39,707 bases of DNA from a virus. The translations under genes and the position numbers were made by a program. The notes under the pieces were generated by a model. It was given only the letters and a program-made list of their open reading frames with translations. It was not told the origin of the DNA and ran no database searches. Shown here piece after piece: positions 1 to 11,488 of this stretch (the stretch's first letter is position 1; the number at the start of each line of letters is the position of its first letter). Location: the UHGV virus genome UHGV-0130034. One strand, given 5' to 3'.

Positions 1-6
1 AACCTA

Positions 7-69
7 ATGATGAATGACGGTAAGCAACAATCTACCTTTTTGTTTCACGATTACGCGCAACACCCCTGA
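7..69 (+). pseudogene. sbcB: Displaced native 5' end of sbcB (exonuclease I): codons 1-16 (MMNDGKQQSTFLFHDY), then reads into phage DNA and stops after 20 codons
   Basis: atgatgaatgacggtaagcaacaatctacctttttgtttcacgattac matches the recalled SbcB N-terminus; divergence from the attR-side continuation begins after position 55. Confidence 0.8.
32..55. repeat. attL core (direct repeat of attR core)
   Basis: ctacctttttgtttcacgattacg versus ctaccttcctctttcacgattacg at 39565-39588. Confidence 0.8.
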
Positions 70-109
70 GAGCCGCCATGAACAAGGGTTTCATAATTTG
101 TGATTTTGG

Positions 110-131
110 TTTGGTACGCAATTTGGTACAC
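110..131. repeat. Putative integrase arm-type binding sites (two direct copies of TTTGGTACRC)
   Basis: tttggtacgc (110-119) and tttggtacac (122-131); the same decamer recurs three times upstream of int at 39370-39413. Confidence 0.55.
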
Positions 132-457
132 AACACAATTTTCACTTCAGTGGGTAGTCATCAAACTCACCATAACGAGCATCGTTGATGATGTATGTGA
201 TCACCACAAATATCACATCTGGACTAGTTCCGTCTTCATGCGCAGGTATCTGTTCATGCCTACCTGTCTGCAAACCAGTAATAAGCTATTACAGTGTGAT
301 AGTGATGCATCAACTACGATAAATGCAGAGAAATGATGCAGTGGTGGGCGGACTGGATTGATAAAAAGGTGGAGTGAACGACATTATGAACAACAGGAGA
401 ACACACAAAACCTCGCAAAATTACAAAGATTTGTGTGTTAGTACTTATCATTGCGAT

Positions 458-2404
458 TTAAAGAATAATTCTTTCAACCTTCCAAGTTGCAGATCTACTT
501 CCTGAAATTCCAACTCCATTTGAATCTTTGAGAAGAATTCTAAATGATGTTTCTGTTACCAAATCATACGTTGCATTTATTGCTGCGCCATCTCCTATCG
601 ATATTGAGATAAAATCAGGCACAACTCCAAGTCCGTGAGTTATTATTTGTCCATTTGAATAAACCCCAGTTCCTATTTTAGTCGTTGCATACCCGGCATT
701 GTTTGCAAGGACAACATTAACCGAATTTGCTCCTAATTTAGCAATCTTCCTATCAGATGAAATCTCTGTAGATTGTATTGCATTATTTGAAATAACTGCA
801 TCTTTTATAGCCCTGAAATCTCCAGGTGTTCCTGATACAGCATTAACAAGTATTGCATACTGCATACTTCTATCACTTCTTTTATTGCCGAAAGCATTAC
901 CGCAAATTGTTGTCCCGGTAAATCCAGATGCTCCCGTGTTATCAAGAAGAATTCCGCACCTATATGTATTTGATGTATCAGAAGGCAAACCTATACCTCT
1001 TATGGAATTATTGGATACTATATTATTATCTGGCTTGACATTTGCATTATTGCAGTAAATGCGAATTCCAACATCACAAAATGCATCTAATACATTATCA
1101 GATATAACATTACCCGCTCCCCACACATCAATACCCATAAACGAATCAGCACCATCTCCAAAAAATTTATTTTGAGTAACTATTGTTCCGCTACCCCTAA
1201 TCAATATAGCAGGCCTTGGAATGCTTGAAGTCTTTTTGCTATCATTGTAGCCATGATTATCGTTTATATGAGATTCCCCCCCCGCACTATCTATGCAGCA
1301 ATTACACGAATCTATTATATTTTTATTTATCCTTACATAGACAGAATCGTGTTTTATACCTGTAATAAAATTTGATATGGAATTTGATACAAAACTAGTT
1401 GCCTTACATGGCAATGAAACGCCATGTATAGCGTCCTTAGACGCTCCTATGGCAACAAAATGTATCCCTGTAACAATTGCTGGGTTCTCATTAGATGATG
1501 TGTCACCTATGGTAATAGCAAAAGAATTCTCATCTTCAGGACCATCAATTGTTAATATCGTTTGTGGCGTATATCCTTGAGATATTTGCGATCCATTTCC
1601 TGAACCAAACCCTCTCATACTTACAAAAGATGGGATTCTTAGTTTTTCTGTTACTCTACAGTTGCCCCCCCAAAAAAATTCCTCTTTAACATGGGCAGCG
1701 GCCAGCATGATTGGAATTGTATCATCTTTAACTCCATCAAGCGTCGCTCCATAATTTCTAAGGTCATTGGTTTCATACCCATTTAAATAACCAATACATC
1801 TCCATCCTGTTGAGTTATATCTGGCAAATTTATCATCTGGGGGAACAGTAAAAGGAGGAACTGTCATTTCTCCTCCAGTTATTTCATTTTCATATACCCA
1901 AAACAACCCATCATAATCTTTGATTGCGCATCGGTTGTCACGAATGATATTTTGCTTGTCATAGTTCCCACAATATGAAAAACCAGTTGCTAATTTCTGT
2001 AAATTTGTTCCTGATGCTGAGTTTATTAATGATGCGCCATTTTCGCTAGTTAATACATTATTTAGAGGGTCAGGATCATACTTCAGCACATTAGGAAAAT
2101 AGAACTGCTGCGCACCGTACGCATCATAAACAGCCATAGAATGGCCTTGCACAGTTACGAACTTGGCAATCTGTCCGTTATATACCGGATATCCGGCAGC
2201 GTTAATGATTATTGGTTGCGAAACAGGAACGTGAGAACCGTCTTCGTTCTCTACATAAACCTGAATCTGGTTTTCAGGATTTACAGGGTCAGTGTCAATT
2301 TTACCGATATAAATTTTGCCATTGGCAACGGCTTTAAAAGAACGAGCCATAGTGAAGAGTTGCGAAGGCATCGATACGATCACATTGGCTGTAATGTCTG
2401 TCAT
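458..2404 (-). CDS. gp9: Tailspike protein: P22 gp9-like N-terminal head-binding domain fused to a divergent receptor-binding domain
   Basis: N-terminus MTDITANV...[34 protein letters not shown]...[12 protein letters not shown] matches recalled P22 tailspike residues ~1-110; remainder diverges. Confidence 0.9.
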   Translation of the reverse strand: MTDITANVIVSMPSQLFTMARSFKAVANGKIYIGKIDTDPVNPENQIQVYVENEDGSHVPVSQPIIINAAGYPVYNGQIAKFVTVQGHSMAVYDAYGAQQFYFPNVLKYDPDPLNNVLTSENGASLINSASGTNLQKLATGFSYCGNYDKQNIIRDNRCAIKDYDGLFWVYENEITGGEMTVPPFTVPPDDKFARYNSTGWRCIGYLNGYETNDLRNYGATLDGVKDDTIPIMLAAAHVKEEFFWGGNCRVTEKLRIPSFVSMRGFGSGNGSQISQGYTPQTILTIDGPEDENSFAITIGDTSSNENPAIVTGIHFVAIGASKDAIHGVSLPCKATSFVSNSISNFITGIKHDSVYVRINKNIIDSCNCCIDSAGGESHINDNHGYNDSKKTSSIPRPAILIRGSGTIVTQNKFFGDGADSFMGIDVWGAGNVISDNVLDAFCDVGIRIYCNNANVKPDNNIVSNNSIRGIGLPSDTSNTYRCGILLDNTGASGFTGTTICGNAFGNKRSDRSMQYAILVNAVSGTPGDFRAIKDAVISNNAIQSTEISSDRKIAKLGANSVNVVLANNAGYATTKIGTGVYSNGQIITHGLGVVPDFISISIGDGAAINATYDLVTETSFRILLKDSNGVGISGSRSATWKVERIIL

Positions 2405-2504
2405 TTAATTTGCTCCAGATGCAAGGAATCGCCGCAGCGTGGCTACGGTGAATTTTGGGCATAAAAAAACCCAGCCGAAGCTGGGTCGTTGCGTTGGTTA
2501 TCTG

Positions 2505-3407
2505 TCAGTAGTTATGTACTGAAGGAGGTAATTCTTTATTCTTAAGTCTCATCCATGCGGAAAGATTCGTTGGTCCGTCTGGCTCATTAATATCAACATC
2601 TCGTGTGTGGTTTATTAAAACGTCTCTCGCCATTCCGATAACATACGAGAACTCATGACCGTAGTCGTAGCATCTGCCGGAATAGTTCGATTGAATTTGT
2701 TTTAGCGCCGGATACAGTTCGCGGAATAATGCCTGTGAGCGGTTGGCATAATCCCATAACCATACAAGGCTGTTTGCTTCTTTTGCAGAAAGCTCGTTGG
2801 TTTTCTTCTCTTGTTTGCCAATGAACTCGCCTTCAAGCACTACCCTGTGGATGTACTCTACTGCTTGCGGTATCTGAGATGAATCAAGCTCTTCAATACT
2901 TTCCACGTTGAAACGCTGATGAATCATTGCATAAGCTTCTGGGTACATTAGATGCTTTTTGCTGACTAGCATATTTACAGCATCACGAAGCGGAGTCCTG
3001 TCATCAACAGATGTTTTCTTACGTGCATTTTCTGCCTTTCCCTTTGTCCAGTAGTCATGCAGTACAGTAAAGCATTCTTCCTGGTACTGAATCAGTTTAT
3101 CGCGGATGTCAGCTCGAACTTTCTCAGGGTTGATGCTGAACAGCCATCCATTTAACTTCTTCAAAGGAAGGCAGAGTAGCTTACGAAGCTTCCCATCAGC
3201 GGCAACCATATTCATATGAATACAGTTGAACTTATCTAGTTGTTTCATAAGTTTTTGTTGCTGAGTACCCCAACTCATTCCAAGGTTTTCAACGATTGGC
3301 TTCATCGCAACGTATGCAACTCCGGCAGCCATGGCGGTGATAATTTGCTGACCGTTGAATGGTACGTAAGAGGTGTTCACTGCTTCTAAAATTGCTATAC
3401 TATTCAT
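2505..3407 (-). CDS. ant: Antirepressor Ant (start placed at [11 protein letters not shown], internal to the longer ORF)
   Basis: Lies downstream of arc in the immI operon; N-terminal Ant-like sequence; the 22-codon upstream extension is rejected. Confidence 0.8.
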   Translation of the reverse strand: MNSIAILEAVNTSYVPFNGQQIITAMAAGVAYVAMKPIVENLGMSWGTQQQKLMKQLDKFNCIHMNMVAADGKLRKLLCLPLKKLNGWLFSINPEKVRADIRDKLIQYQEECFTVLHDYWTKGKAENARKKTSVDDRTPLRDAVNMLVSKKHLMYPEAYAMIHQRFNVESIEELDSSQIPQAVEYIHRVVLEGEFIGKQEKKTNELSAKEANSLVWLWDYANRSQALFRELYPALKQIQSNYSGRCYDYGHEFSYVIGMARDVLINHTRDVDINEPDGPTNLSAWMRLKNKELPPSVHNY

Positions 3408-3475
3408 GTTGGTTTTTCTCCACGGATTTACTGACAACCGAAGCCCTGACTGTTCCCGCAGTTGGGGCTTCAACT

Positions 3476-3637
3476 TTACGCGCCAATGCGCCCTTCCTTC
3501 TTAAAGCTTTCCATTACTCTCTGATAAATCTCAGAGTTAACAGACCGACCATTCTCTTCCGCCACCTTGCGTACCAAATCTAATACTTCTTTAGGCCACC
3601 GCAAATTGAACTGCGGCATCTTGCTCATTCCTTTCAT
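3476..3637 (-). CDS. arc: Arc repressor (53 aa)
   Basis: [53 protein letters not shown] is near-identical to recalled P22 Arc; the ORF-track N-terminal extension overlaps the Arc operator and is rejected. Confidence 0.95.
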   Translation of the reverse strand: MKGMSKMPQFNLRWPKEVLDLVRKVAEENGRSVNSEIYQRVMESFKKEGRIGA

Positions 3638-3652
3638 ATTCACCTCACAATA

Positions 3653-3671
3653 TAGGTCCACCGTGGACCTA
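3653..3671. promoter_or_regulatory. Mnt operator (perfect palindrome TAGGTCCACCGTGGACCTA)
   Basis: Perfect 19-bp palindrome between the divergent arc and mnt genes, as in the P22 immI region. Confidence 0.85.
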
Positions 3672-3679
3672 TTGAGAAT

Positions 3680-3700
3680 ATAGTAGAGTGCTTCTATCAT
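3680..3700. promoter_or_regulatory. Arc operator (ATAGTAGAGTGCTTCTATCAT) overlapping Pant
   Basis: 21-bp symmetric site matching the recalled P22 Arc operator, located upstream of arc. Confidence 0.85.
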
Positions 3701-3727
3701 GTCAATACACTAACTTGGAGTGATGGC

Positions 3728-3979
3728 ATGGCTAGAGATGATCCGCACTTTAACTTCCGTATGCCTATGGAAGTAAGGGAGAAATTAAAATTCAGGGCGG
3801 AGGCGAATGGGAGATCAATGAACTCCGAGTTGTTACAAATCGTCCAAGATGCTCTATCAAAACCATCGCCTGTGACTGGATATCGCGACGATGCAGAACG
3901 ACTCGCTGATGAGCAGTCAGAGCTTGTTAAGAAGATGGTGTTTGATACGCTGAAGGATTTGTACAAAAAACCCACCTGA
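3728..3979 (+). CDS. mnt: Mnt repressor
   Basis: MARDDPHFNFRMPMEVREKLKFRAEANGRSMNSELLQIVQDALSKPSPVTGYR... is near-identical to recalled P22 Mnt. Confidence 0.95.
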   Translation: MARDDPHFNFRMPMEVREKLKFRAEANGRSMNSELLQIVQDALSKPSPVTGYRDDAERLADEQSELVKKMVFDTLKDLYKKPT

Positions 3980-3994
3980 AGGTGGGTCCTATTT
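3964..3994. terminator. Bidirectional rho-independent terminator (hairpin cccacc-tgaa-ggtggg flanked by A-run and T-rich tract)
   Basis: Stem-loop 3971-3986 with aaaaaa upstream and tcctatttatt downstream; sits between the convergent mnt and lipoprotein genes. Confidence 0.7.
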
Positions 3995-3995
3995 A

Positions 3996-4427
3996 TTAGT
4001 CTTGCTTTGTTGATGGTATAAGAGATGCGTTTGCCTCTTTTGGCTTCAAGGTATACATCCCACCATTAAAAGGATCTACAGCAAGCCAACCAATTAACCC
4101 ACCAAACACAAGGTTTCCACCAATATACCAACCATTAGCATTGGCTTTGATTGGCAGGGTAACTGGTTCGTACCCATCCTTTTCCATAGTGATCTGGTAG
4201 CTCTTTTTGCCAAAATAACTACCATCTGACTTGGCAAGAGTTACTCCTTGTGGAGTCTTGCCTTGCGCAACAATTACGCCTGATTCATCTTTTACCTTAA
4301 AGCTCGCACCGGAAGGGTTGCTGTTCACTTGCACAAGTTGCGTTTCATCACCAACAATAGTTGCGCACCCAGATAACATCATAGCACCAGCAACGACGCC
4401 AATAATCCTCTTCATATCAATTTCCAT
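3996..4427 (-). CDS. Predicted lipoprotein, likely lysogenic-conversion moron (alternative start at 4415, MKRIIGVVAGAMMLSGC)
   Basis: Signal peptide with lipobox LSGC; occupies the position between gp16 and mnt where P22 carries sieA/hkc. Confidence 0.7.
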   Translation of the reverse strand: MEIDMKRIIGVVAGAMMLSGCATIVGDETQLVQVNSNPSGASFKVKDESGVIVAQGKTPQGVTLAKSDGSYFGKKSYQITMEKDGYEPVTLPIKANANGWYIGGNLVFGGLIGWLAVDPFNGGMYTLKPKEANASLIPSTKQD

Positions 4428-4532
4428 ATTTAAAAAACCGGAAACATCCTAATGACAAACCATTCAAATGTGAAGTAGGCAAAAGATGTTTACTTTTTTC
4501 ATGGTATCCTGCTCAAAACTAAGGAGGTTGGT

Positions 4533-4721
4533 GTGAAGAAAAAATTTGTAAACGTTGCAAAGTGCGCAATTTTTATATTTTTTATGACCTTTTACGGATT
4601 TAGTGCCGGAGAAGGTTTCGATCGTGATGCCAATGCATTCAGTTTCTTTTGTCTGTCTATAGTGGTCATAATTGTATGGGTGGAATTAAAGCAAACATTG
4701 TTTCATGTGCTAGGGAAATAA
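4533..4721 (+). CDS. Small hydrophobic protein (62 aa, two predicted TM segments), divergent from the lipoprotein gene
   Basis: GTG start preceded by strong SD AAGGAGG (4521-4527); two hydrophobic stretches; opposite strand to the flanking late genes. Confidence 0.5.
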   Translation: MKKKFVNVAKCAIFIFFMTFYGFSAGEGFDRDANAFSFFCLSIVVIIVWVELKQTLFHVLGK

Positions 4722-4738
4722 CCATCCATGGCATTTAG

Positions 4739-6580
4739 TCACTGCTGTGTTGCCTCAGTGGCAAGCAGCGGTCTGATGGCATTTGCAGCGTTACTTAATG
4801 CTCTTTCATAGGCTGGCGTTCCTGCTTTGGTGTTTGCCAGACGTAAGAGAGCATTCCTTGCTGCTTTGGACTCATACAAGCGCATCATTGCACCAAAACC
4901 AGCCTCAAGCCCCATTGATACGCCAAGGGTCGCAGTTGCGCCAATCGTCCTTATCCTGTTGGCTTGCGATTGCCCCGTCTGAGTTACTACATTTGCGGTG
5001 TCTGACCTTGCTGTTTGCTGTAGAACTTCATGAAGAGCATCAAGCTCTTTCATGTGCTTTCCAGAAAAAATAGTGTTGTAAATTTCACCGCCTGACTGAG
5101 ATTTCAGCTTATTAACTTCAGTGATGAACTTGGCTGGAGAGTCACCGGACTTTTCCGCTATTTTGCTGACGTAAGCTGCACGCATAGCATCTTTCCCTTT
5201 ATCATCCAATGCGCTCCAGATTCGTTTCACGTCAGATGGTTTTCTGCTTAATACAACGGTATTTATAAGTTCAGGACTGGCTTCACTGCTTGCCTTGTTG
5301 AGCTTGTTAGCAATGTTTTTATTAAGCACCTTATTATAAACGTTTGCATAATCGGAGTTTGCTTTAAGGTATTTTGCTGCGTCTGATGCACCGAGGTTTT
5401 TTGCAACTGCGTTACGAAGATCTTTTGACATTGCATTCTCTACCATATTGGTAGCTGCTTTTGCCTGGTTGGGGAAGACCATAGCATCTCCCTGAACATT
5501 AGATCTAAATGCTGTTCTGTGCTGACGCAAGAGATCAAACGTAACATCCAAATCAGTTGCAGGGTTTGCTAATTCTTCACGCAGGTTACGCAAGGATGTA
5601 AGCAGGCTTTGATTGGCTGAAGTCCCAAGCCGTTCCTGTCTTGCGATCGCTGTATTCAGAGCATTCATGGTATTTGTAGTATCAACTGCGGCATTACCCA
5701 TTTTATTGGTGACGTCATTGATAACAGCGCCAGCAGCATCCTTCCGCCCCCTTAACGTGGTGGTCAGAGATTTCACCACATCATCAGGGTTGTACTCACC
5801 AAAACGGTCAAAATAATTACTTACCAGCTTACTGCGCGTTGCATATTGCTCAGCTCGCTTTGATCCTGTCCCGAGCAAAGCCCCCTCAGCATCCTGAGTA
5901 AGGCCACGAGTGAAAGCATTTTTCGGCGGGATTACATCAGATGTCATAGGTGTCACGCCCATCGATTCTGATGTGGCAATTTTTTTCGCTACTTCTGGCG
6001 CAATATCGCCTTTTATAGCCGTTATTCCACGCCCTATTCCCTTTGCTGCTGCGGAAAGAACACCCTGCGCGGCAAGGTTAACCCCGGCATTTTTAGCTGC
6101 ATTTTGCGCGAAATCGCCTTTCTGGTTAGCGGCCTCTGCCAGTGATCCAATAGCCACGCTTCCTGCCGTTCCAACTCCAGGAACTAAATACCCACCAATT
6201 GTTTCTCCAGCTTGCGCATAAGGGTCTGTTGGTCGATCTACTGGACGATAGACATCGTCCAAAACCTTGGGGCCACCAAGCCCCTGGCTGATTGCATTAA
6301 TCAGACTTGCGCCACCCTGCAATACGTCAAATGGTATGTTTACCAGACCACGACCAGCCTGCTCTGCAATTTGCCCTGCACTTTGACCACCTGTGAGCCA
6401 ATCGCCAGCTTGTTGCATCAATGATGGTTCTTCACGTGCTGGTTCATTATTGGCCTGATTAACTGTTTGTTGCTGAACAGCCTGACCAGCAAAATACTCA
6501 TCAATAGCGGTGCCAATATCTTCGGTGCTCGTACCATCAGGGAAGGTAAATGTCTTACCGTTTGCAGTTACTTTCATCAT
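4739..6580 (-). CDS. gp16: Ejection (DNA transfer) protein gp16
   Basis: N-terminus [32 protein letters not shown] resembles recalled P22 gp16; length 613 aa; position after gp20. Confidence 0.85.
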   Translation of the reverse strand: MMKVTANGKTFTFPDGTSTEDIGTAIDEYFAGQAVQQQTVNQANNEPAREEPSLMQQAGDWLTGGQSAGQIAEQAGRGLVNIPFDVLQGGASLINAISQGLGGPKVLDDVYRPVDRPTDPYAQAGETIGGYLVPGVGTAGSVAIGSLAEAANQKGDFAQNAAKNAGVNLAAQGVLSAAAKGIGRGITAIKGDIAPEVAKKIATSESMGVTPMTSDVIPPKNAFTRGLTQDAEGALLGTGSKRAEQYATRSKLVSNYFDRFGEYNPDDVVKSLTTTLRGRKDAAGAVINDVTNKMGNAAVDTTNTMNALNTAIARQERLGTSANQSLLTSLRNLREELANPATDLDVTFDLLRQHRTAFRSNVQGDAMVFPNQAKAATNMVENAMSKDLRNAVAKNLGASDAAKYLKANSDYANVYNKVLNKNIANKLNKASSEASPELINTVVLSRKPSDVKRIWSALDDKGKDAMRAAYVSKIAEKSGDSPAKFITEVNKLKSQSGGEIYNTIFSGKHMKELDALHEVLQQTARSDTANVVTQTGQSQANRIRTIGATATLGVSMGLEAGFGAMMRLYESKAARNALLRLANTKAGTPAYERALSNAANAIRPLLATEATQQ

Positions 6581-7956
6581 TCCACCGTAAATTGAATGCC
6601 TGATTTTGACGTGTAGCTACCTCCTGCTGATTGCTGAGTAGGCGGCTGTTGCATTGATGATTTCTTCCCTCCATTACCGACATTAACGTTATATTGCTGG
6701 TTGTAATTGTCGGTATATTGCTTAATGTCGCGCATTGATTGTTGCAGTGCTTCAGGGCTTGAGAAATCAACCTGTGGCATACCTTGAAAATACATCTTTG
6801 CTTCTGCAACGGTGTTGATACCGGATGCCCCCATGTCTCTGGCTGCTGCAATGCCCTGATTCTGCATCTTTCCTTGGATTCGCTGTGCAGCGTTGTATAG
6901 TTTCCTCTGATCACCACCAGATGCACGGCTACGAATATCTGCACCAAGAGCAGGAGAACCTGAAGAGCCTGTAATGCCAGTCATGAAGCCAAGATCGTCA
7001 ATTGATGCACCAGAAATTGCATCAAGATCTTTCTTCATTGCGTAATTCTGCGCGCTTGCTGCCGATGTAGCCGGAGCGGCAATAGAGCCAGCAGGGACGC
7101 GAACCATATTCCCCTCGTTGTCGATACCTTCGTAGAACGCATTAGCCCCAGCGCCGTGAAGCTTCCCGCCTACCGTTACAGTTCTGCCATCTGCTAACTG
7201 AACTGTACGCTCATTATTCCCAACCGCCCCTTTCATTGATGCTCTCTGCATCGATAAATCCTGACCGCGCATCGTGATATTCTGACCACGCGCTGTTAGC
7301 GCCTCGCCAGCCTTATTGCTGCGGATTGTCTCTGCCAGCTGGCCTCGGTCAATCTCACGACCAACCATCTTATCCTGAACAGCAAACGCCTTTTCTGGTC
7401 CAAGCGCACCGAGAGACATAGTAGTCAGCATGTGTGATAGCTGCTCTGGATTCTGAATACCTGTCTGAATCATCCAGTCAGCATTCGCCCCCACGCGATT
7501 TAACCTGTCCTTGTTGTCAGTAATGAATTTACTGTAGGCTTCCGGTCCCTGAGAAAGAGCGACGTTAGCCCTCATGGCTAAATCGCCCATATCGTTGCGT
7601 TGCTGCTCATTAAGACCTGAAAACGCCTGTTGTGCCTGTGCAACAAACGCCGGATTTTCCTGGGCAAACTTAAATAGTCCCGATGGATCACCAGAAGCCC
7701 ATGCATCAGCATGAACCTTATTGAACGCACTAATCGCTTTCTGTTGCTGTTCCTGATTGTAAATATCAGCAACTCCAGCCAGACCACGTAACGCGGTCAG
7801 ACCAACGTTATTTGCACCTGAGCGAGCCAGTTCATTGTTTTCGCGGATCAGACCAAGCGTTGCGTTAATGTCGCTTGCCTTTGGCGCATTCTCATTTTGC
7901 GTACCGATGCCAGCCAGAAAACCACCAGAATTAATACCCTGTTGCCACGTAGCCAT
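6577..7956 (-). CDS. gp20: Ejection protein gp20
   Basis: Position and length (459 aa) match P22 gp20; overlaps gp16 start. Confidence 0.8.
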   Translation of the reverse strand: MATWQQGINSGGFLAGIGTQNENAPKASDINATLGLIRENNELARSGANNVGLTALRGLAGVADIYNQEQQQKAISAFNKVHADAWASGDPSGLFKFAQENPAFVAQAQQAFSGLNEQQRNDMGDLAMRANVALSQGPEAYSKFITDNKDRLNRVGANADWMIQTGIQNPEQLSHMLTTMSLGALGPEKAFAVQDKMVGREIDRGQLAETIRSNKAGEALTARGQNITMRGQDLSMQRASMKGAVGNNERTVQLADGRTVTVGGKLHGAGANAFYEGIDNEGNMVRVPAGSIAAPATSAASAQNYAMKKDLDAISGASIDDLGFMTGITGSSGSPALGADIRSRASGGDQRKLYNAAQRIQGKMQNQGIAAARDMGASGINTVAEAKMYFQGMPQVDFSSPEALQQSMRDIKQYTDNYNQQYNVNVGNGGKKSSMQQPPTQQSAGGSYTSKSGIQFTVE

Positions 7957-7966
7957 TGATTACCCC

Positions 7967-8659
7967 TTAAAACAACGAGCCAAGCAGACCAAGACCGCCG
8001 CCGATCGCAGCCCCCCACGGAGTTGATGAACCAATTAATTTCGCAAGTCCGGCCCCAGCAATAGCACCAGACGCACCTCCGCCAATAGCAGATTGCATTG
8101 CTGATGGTCTGTTGGCATTTGCCGCTGCAAGAGCCGCACTTTGCTGCGAAATCTGACTCATGTTGTTGGCATATGTCTGCCCGGCGTTTGCCTGACCTTG
8201 CAGTGCGCCAAGACCAATGTTTGCCAGATTCTGGTAGTTGTTCATCTGACCAGACAGCCACTGCTGACCAAGCGTTGGTGCGATTGTTGCTAACTGATTA
8301 CCGGTTGCAGTGGAACCCAATCCACCTGTTGCTTCCGCTGCCGCCAGACTCTGATAGCGAGCCTGACCAGCAAGATCTTTGTACTGCTGAGAGTTGTAAT
8401 ACTGGTTTAGCGCCTGACCTTGCCCCTCCAGAGACGATAAGTTCTCGAGGCTGCCGACATACTTATCAGCCAGAGGAGTAAACGGCTTCAGGTTATTCAT
8501 GATGGTGTTGAACTGCTGATTTTGCAGGTCTGCGGCATACTTCTGAGCTTCTGCTGCATACTTTGCGCTTTTATCAGAACTGCCACCTTTCCCGCCTTTT
8601 TCAGGGCAATAAGGTTCCTCGCCGCGCAGTTTTCTGCCCAGCTTAAATGCATATAACAT
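7967..8659 (-). CDS. gp7: Ejection protein gp7
   Basis: 230 aa, N-terminus MLYAFKLGRKLRGEEPY, Gly/Ala-rich C-terminus; position as in P22. Confidence 0.8.
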   Translation of the reverse strand: MLYAFKLGRKLRGEEPYCPEKGGKGGSSDKSAKYAAEAQKYAADLQNQQFNTIMNNLKPFTPLADKYVGSLENLSSLEGQGQALNQYYNSQQYKDLAGQARYQSLAAAEATGGLGSTATGNQLATIAPTLGQQWLSGQMNNYQNLANIGLGALQGQANAGQTYANNMSQISQQSAALAAANANRPSAMQSAIGGGASGAIAGAGLAKLIGSSTPWGAAIGGGLGLLGSLF

Positions 8660-8661
8660 GG

Positions 8662-9120
8662 CTATCTCCCGTGATTCAGGAAGTCGATTAGTTCTTCGCG
8701 TGTGGCGCTGTAAAACGTCACGTCATCCACGCCTTTGAAGTATTTCTTGATGGTTCCTACACGCTTAAGGCCAATCATTGCGCAGTACATCTGACCGTGG
8801 CGGAATTTGCGCGCAGCGAACGATGTGACGCACTGAACGGTGGTGTTAGTCAGAATGTATCGCCAGAACGCCAGCCCGATTTCCTTGCTGAAGCCGCGAA
8901 TCTCTGACAGGTACATGGCGTGGCAATCGAATGTAAGCGGCTGAATCTCCTGATAGTAAACAATGCCGCCGAACTGCCCGTGCACGTTCACCTCGAAGTA
9001 ACGGCATTCAGGCTTGTAGTCGTATCCATCACCGTTGTTGCTCCCGGCGATAATGTCAGGGTGATTTCCCACGGCTTCTATCAGGTCGATGTTTCGCGTT
9101 GGTTTGAACTGAATCATCAC
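8662..9120 (-). CDS. gp14: gp14-like ejection-protein assembly protein
   Basis: 152 aa ORF between gp26 and gp7, same order as P22. Confidence 0.7.
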   Translation of the reverse strand: MMIQFKPTRNIDLIEAVGNHPDIIAGSNNGDGYDYKPECRYFEVNVHGQFGGIVYYQEIQPLTFDCHAMYLSEIRGFSKEIGLAFWRYILTNTTVQCVTSFAARKFRHGQMYCAMIGLKRVGTIKKYFKGVDDVTFYSATREELIDFLNHGR

Positions 9121-10070
9121 TGCTCCGCGATTATCTTGATGGTTGTGGCAGTAAACGCCGCACCATTCGACTGAATGGTTAACGTACTGCCATTTGTGGC
9201 AAGAAAGCCGTCTTTATCCACGCTGAAGAACGTAGCTAACAGGATGTTATCGGTCGTTGTCGCCGAGTTGCGACTGCTTACCAGTGTGTCAGGAACAGAG
9301 CCGGAAAAGGTTAGCTGCATTGACCTGTTGGCGGTTCCGCTGGGCCACGTCCCGACGATCGACAGCTTGAAGAACAAGGTTTTGTTCTCGTTGAACACAA
9401 CCATCTTGTTGTTAACTGTGTCGAAGAATGGTGCCAACGAGCCGGATGACGGCGTGAGCGTTTTCAGCAGGCTAACAAGGTTGGTCGGCGCTGTCGGAAT
9501 TGTTACCGATACTCCTGAGTAAACAACCTCTGATTTCTTGCGCGTGGTGGCATACTCAAGCGCAGATATTCTTGTTGAGTGATCACCAACTGTGCTTTGT
9601 AGCGTCGAAATACTTCCTTCTGCCGCTGTGAGCCTGGTATCAAGTGCGTCGATATCGGTTGTATTCTGAGTTATGCGCGCATCATGGTTTGCTAACTCAG
9701 ATTCATTGGCAGCAATTCGCGTCTCGTGATCAGCCAGCTCTGTTTCAGCAGCCGTAATCCTTGTTTCATGATCTGCAAGAGTGCTTTCCGCTGCTGCAAT
9801 TCTATGTTCATGATTGATGAGAGTTGCTTCAGCAGCTTCAATTCTGGATTCATGGTCTGCAAGGGTGACATCCTGCTCATCGTTCCTGACCTGTGCATCA
9901 TAAGCGCCCTGTCCGGCCTCGTTGGCTTTGTTAGCCACGTTACCAACATCAGTGCCCTGTGCGATAACGTAAAGCAGATACGACTGCGAGAAGATATTGC
10001 GTGGAAGGACTGATGTGTCGAGTCGTGTAGCCTGAATGATTACCGGCTCATTGAGATTCGAATCAGCCAT
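9117..10070 (-). CDS. gp26: Tail needle gp26 with extended C-terminal domain (317 aa)
   Basis: N-terminus [35 protein letters not shown]...[24 protein letters not shown] matches recalled P22 gp26; heptad ADHETRI repeats; ~85 extra C-terminal residues. Confidence 0.9.
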   Translation of the reverse strand: MADSNLNEPVIIQATRLDTSVLPRNIFSQSYLLYVIAQGTDVGNVANKANEAGQGAYDAQVRNDEQDVTLADHESRIEAAEATLINHEHRIAAAESTLADHETRITAAETELADHETRIAANESELANHDARITQNTTDIDALDTRLTAAEGSISTLQSTVGDHSTRISALEYATTRKKSEVVYSGVSVTIPTAPTNLVSLLKTLTPSSGSLAPFFDTVNNKMVVFNENKTLFFKLSIVGTWPSGTANRSMQLTFSGSVPDTLVSSRNSATTTDNILLATFFSVDKDGFLATNGSTLTIQSNGAAFTATTIKIIAEQ

Positions 10071-11488
10071 TACTCAATCCTTATCTGGCAGCCAGACAGA
10101 GTGACAGGTGACTTCGTGATAACGCGCAATTTGAAGCCGACATTTTTCCTGATGCGCCCTACTTTCTTCCACAAAACGCGTTTGTCGTAAACGAACGGTT
10201 CATTCTGCTCAATCATCTGCTCACGCCCGTAATTGATGCCGTCAGTGGTTGCAGAGAGAAAAAGGCGGTCAGCATACTGCGCAACGCCAGTTGACGATTC
10301 AACCTCAAGGTCGAACACTCTGGCGTTATCCGCTTTGAACAGTGGAGTAAACAGCAGGTGTTCCTGTTGCTTGTCGTACTGGCTGCTGATGTCGAATTGC
10401 AATTTCCCGGTCACGGACTCCAGCTTATCGCCGCACGTTATCTGATTGCCTTCGTAAATGAAGTCGATAGCGCGGTACACATCGTCATACAGGCCTGTTT
10501 TCAACACACACCATTGCGGACCATTGGCGCTTGAAGATGCGTCGTAAACAAGAACATGGCGCGGCAGGTGAATAATCAGCAACTCATGCGCATCAAATCG
10601 CAGAGACTCCATCACGCCATCAGCCAGTTCATCAGCAGTGTAGGAGCGGAGGATTTTCTCAATGCTCGCGCTGGCGATTGGTGATACCTGACCGGAGCCG
10701 ATGATGTACACAGACGGCGCGCCTGTTGCCGGATTGCTGATGAACGCATACGAGTCAGCAAACGGCGTTTTGCAGTAGGTTCCGGCAATGCCTTTCTGCA
10801 CCATCAGTGATGGCTGGGCGACATACAAAGCAGCCCCAACAGTGGTTGCACCAGTCAGGGAGAAATATTCAATCGTCGACGAACCAAAGCAGACTATGAA
10901 GTCTCGCCATGTACCTATGCCGATGATGCCGTCAGGCTGCGACTCTGCACGATATTGTGCGCTGTATCGGTCAGGATGCGATTCGTCTTCAAGGTCAGTG
11001 ATAAACCATGAATCAGTTCCGTCTTTTGACCACGCATAACGCCCACGTAAGCGTGTAATGTCGCGGACTGAACCTAACTCATACTGAGTGAATCCGCTGT
11101 CTGTCGGCCAGTTTGAGACGGTTTTAACCGTGCCATCATAGCGATACTCGACCAGTTGACCATTAACGCCTACCGCCTGTGATGTCCGACCATGTGCCAT
11201 TGATACACGACCACTTCCGGCAACATCACCGACTTCGCTTTCGCCCTTATACAGCTTGCCCCCGCACACGCGATAAACAGCACTCTGCGCCATGTTGTAC
11301 TCGACGCCGCGAGATACGCCGTTCACATCAGAGCGTTTGGCAATGCCCGGGAATGAGCGAAGATATCCGCTGCTGTTGAGTATTTCTTTGGGTGTAGCCA
11401 GCATATTCACTGGCAGATAGTCGATATAGTCGGCGTTTCGGAAATCTTTGCCGACACCTTTCATAAGCGGAAGTTGCTGAATCGGCAT
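10070..11488 (-). CDS. gp10: Tail accessory protein gp10
   Basis: 472 aa, same length and position as P22 gp10. Confidence 0.85.
   Translation of the reverse strand: MPIQQLPLMKGVGKDFRNADYIDYLPVNMLATPKEILNSSGYLRSFPGIAKRSDVNGVSRGVEYNMAQSAVYRVCGGKLYKGESEVGDVAGSGRVSMAHGRTSQAVGVNGQLVEYRYDGTVKTVSNWPTDSGFTQYELGSVRDITRLRGRYAWSKDGTDSWFITDLEDESHPDRYSAQYRAESQPDGIIGIGTWRDFIVCFGSSTIEYFSLTGATTVGAALYVAQPSLMVQKGIAGTYCKTPFADSYAFISNPATGAPSVYIIGSGQVSPIASASIEKILRSYTADELADGVMESLRFDAHELLIIHLPRHVLVYDASSSANGPQWCVLKTGLYDDVYRAIDFIYEGNQITCGDKLESVTGKLQFDISSQYDKQQEHLLFTPLFKADNARVFDLEVESSTGVAQYADRLFLSATTDGINYGREQMIEQNEPFVYDKRVLWKKVGRIRKNVGFKLRVITKSPVTLSGCQIRIE

Noticed and set aside
100-336. 78-aa plus-strand ORF in the attL arm
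   Set aside because: No RBS, low-complexity odd composition, lies in the att arm among integrase-binding repeats; most likely non-coding
699-1058. 119-aa plus-strand ORF (and 1377-1580, 2141-2464) inside the tailspike gene
   Set aside because: Antisense shadow ORFs within a well-supported tailspike CDS
3476-3700. Extended 74-aa form of arc
   Set aside because: The N-terminal extension would start inside the Arc operator; recalled Arc starts at MKGMSKM (3637)
3697-3975. 92-aa minus-strand ORF antisense to mnt
   Set aside because: Overlaps the strongly supported mnt gene on the opposite strand
5910-6221. Plus-strand ORFs (4783-5073, 5613-5816, 5910-6221, 6212-6424) within gp16
   Set aside because: Antisense shadow ORFs inside the ejection protein gene
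7848-8481. 137-aa minus-strand and 127-aa plus-strand alternative-frame ORFs within gp7
   Set aside because: Alternative-frame or antisense ORFs overlapping a conserved structural gene
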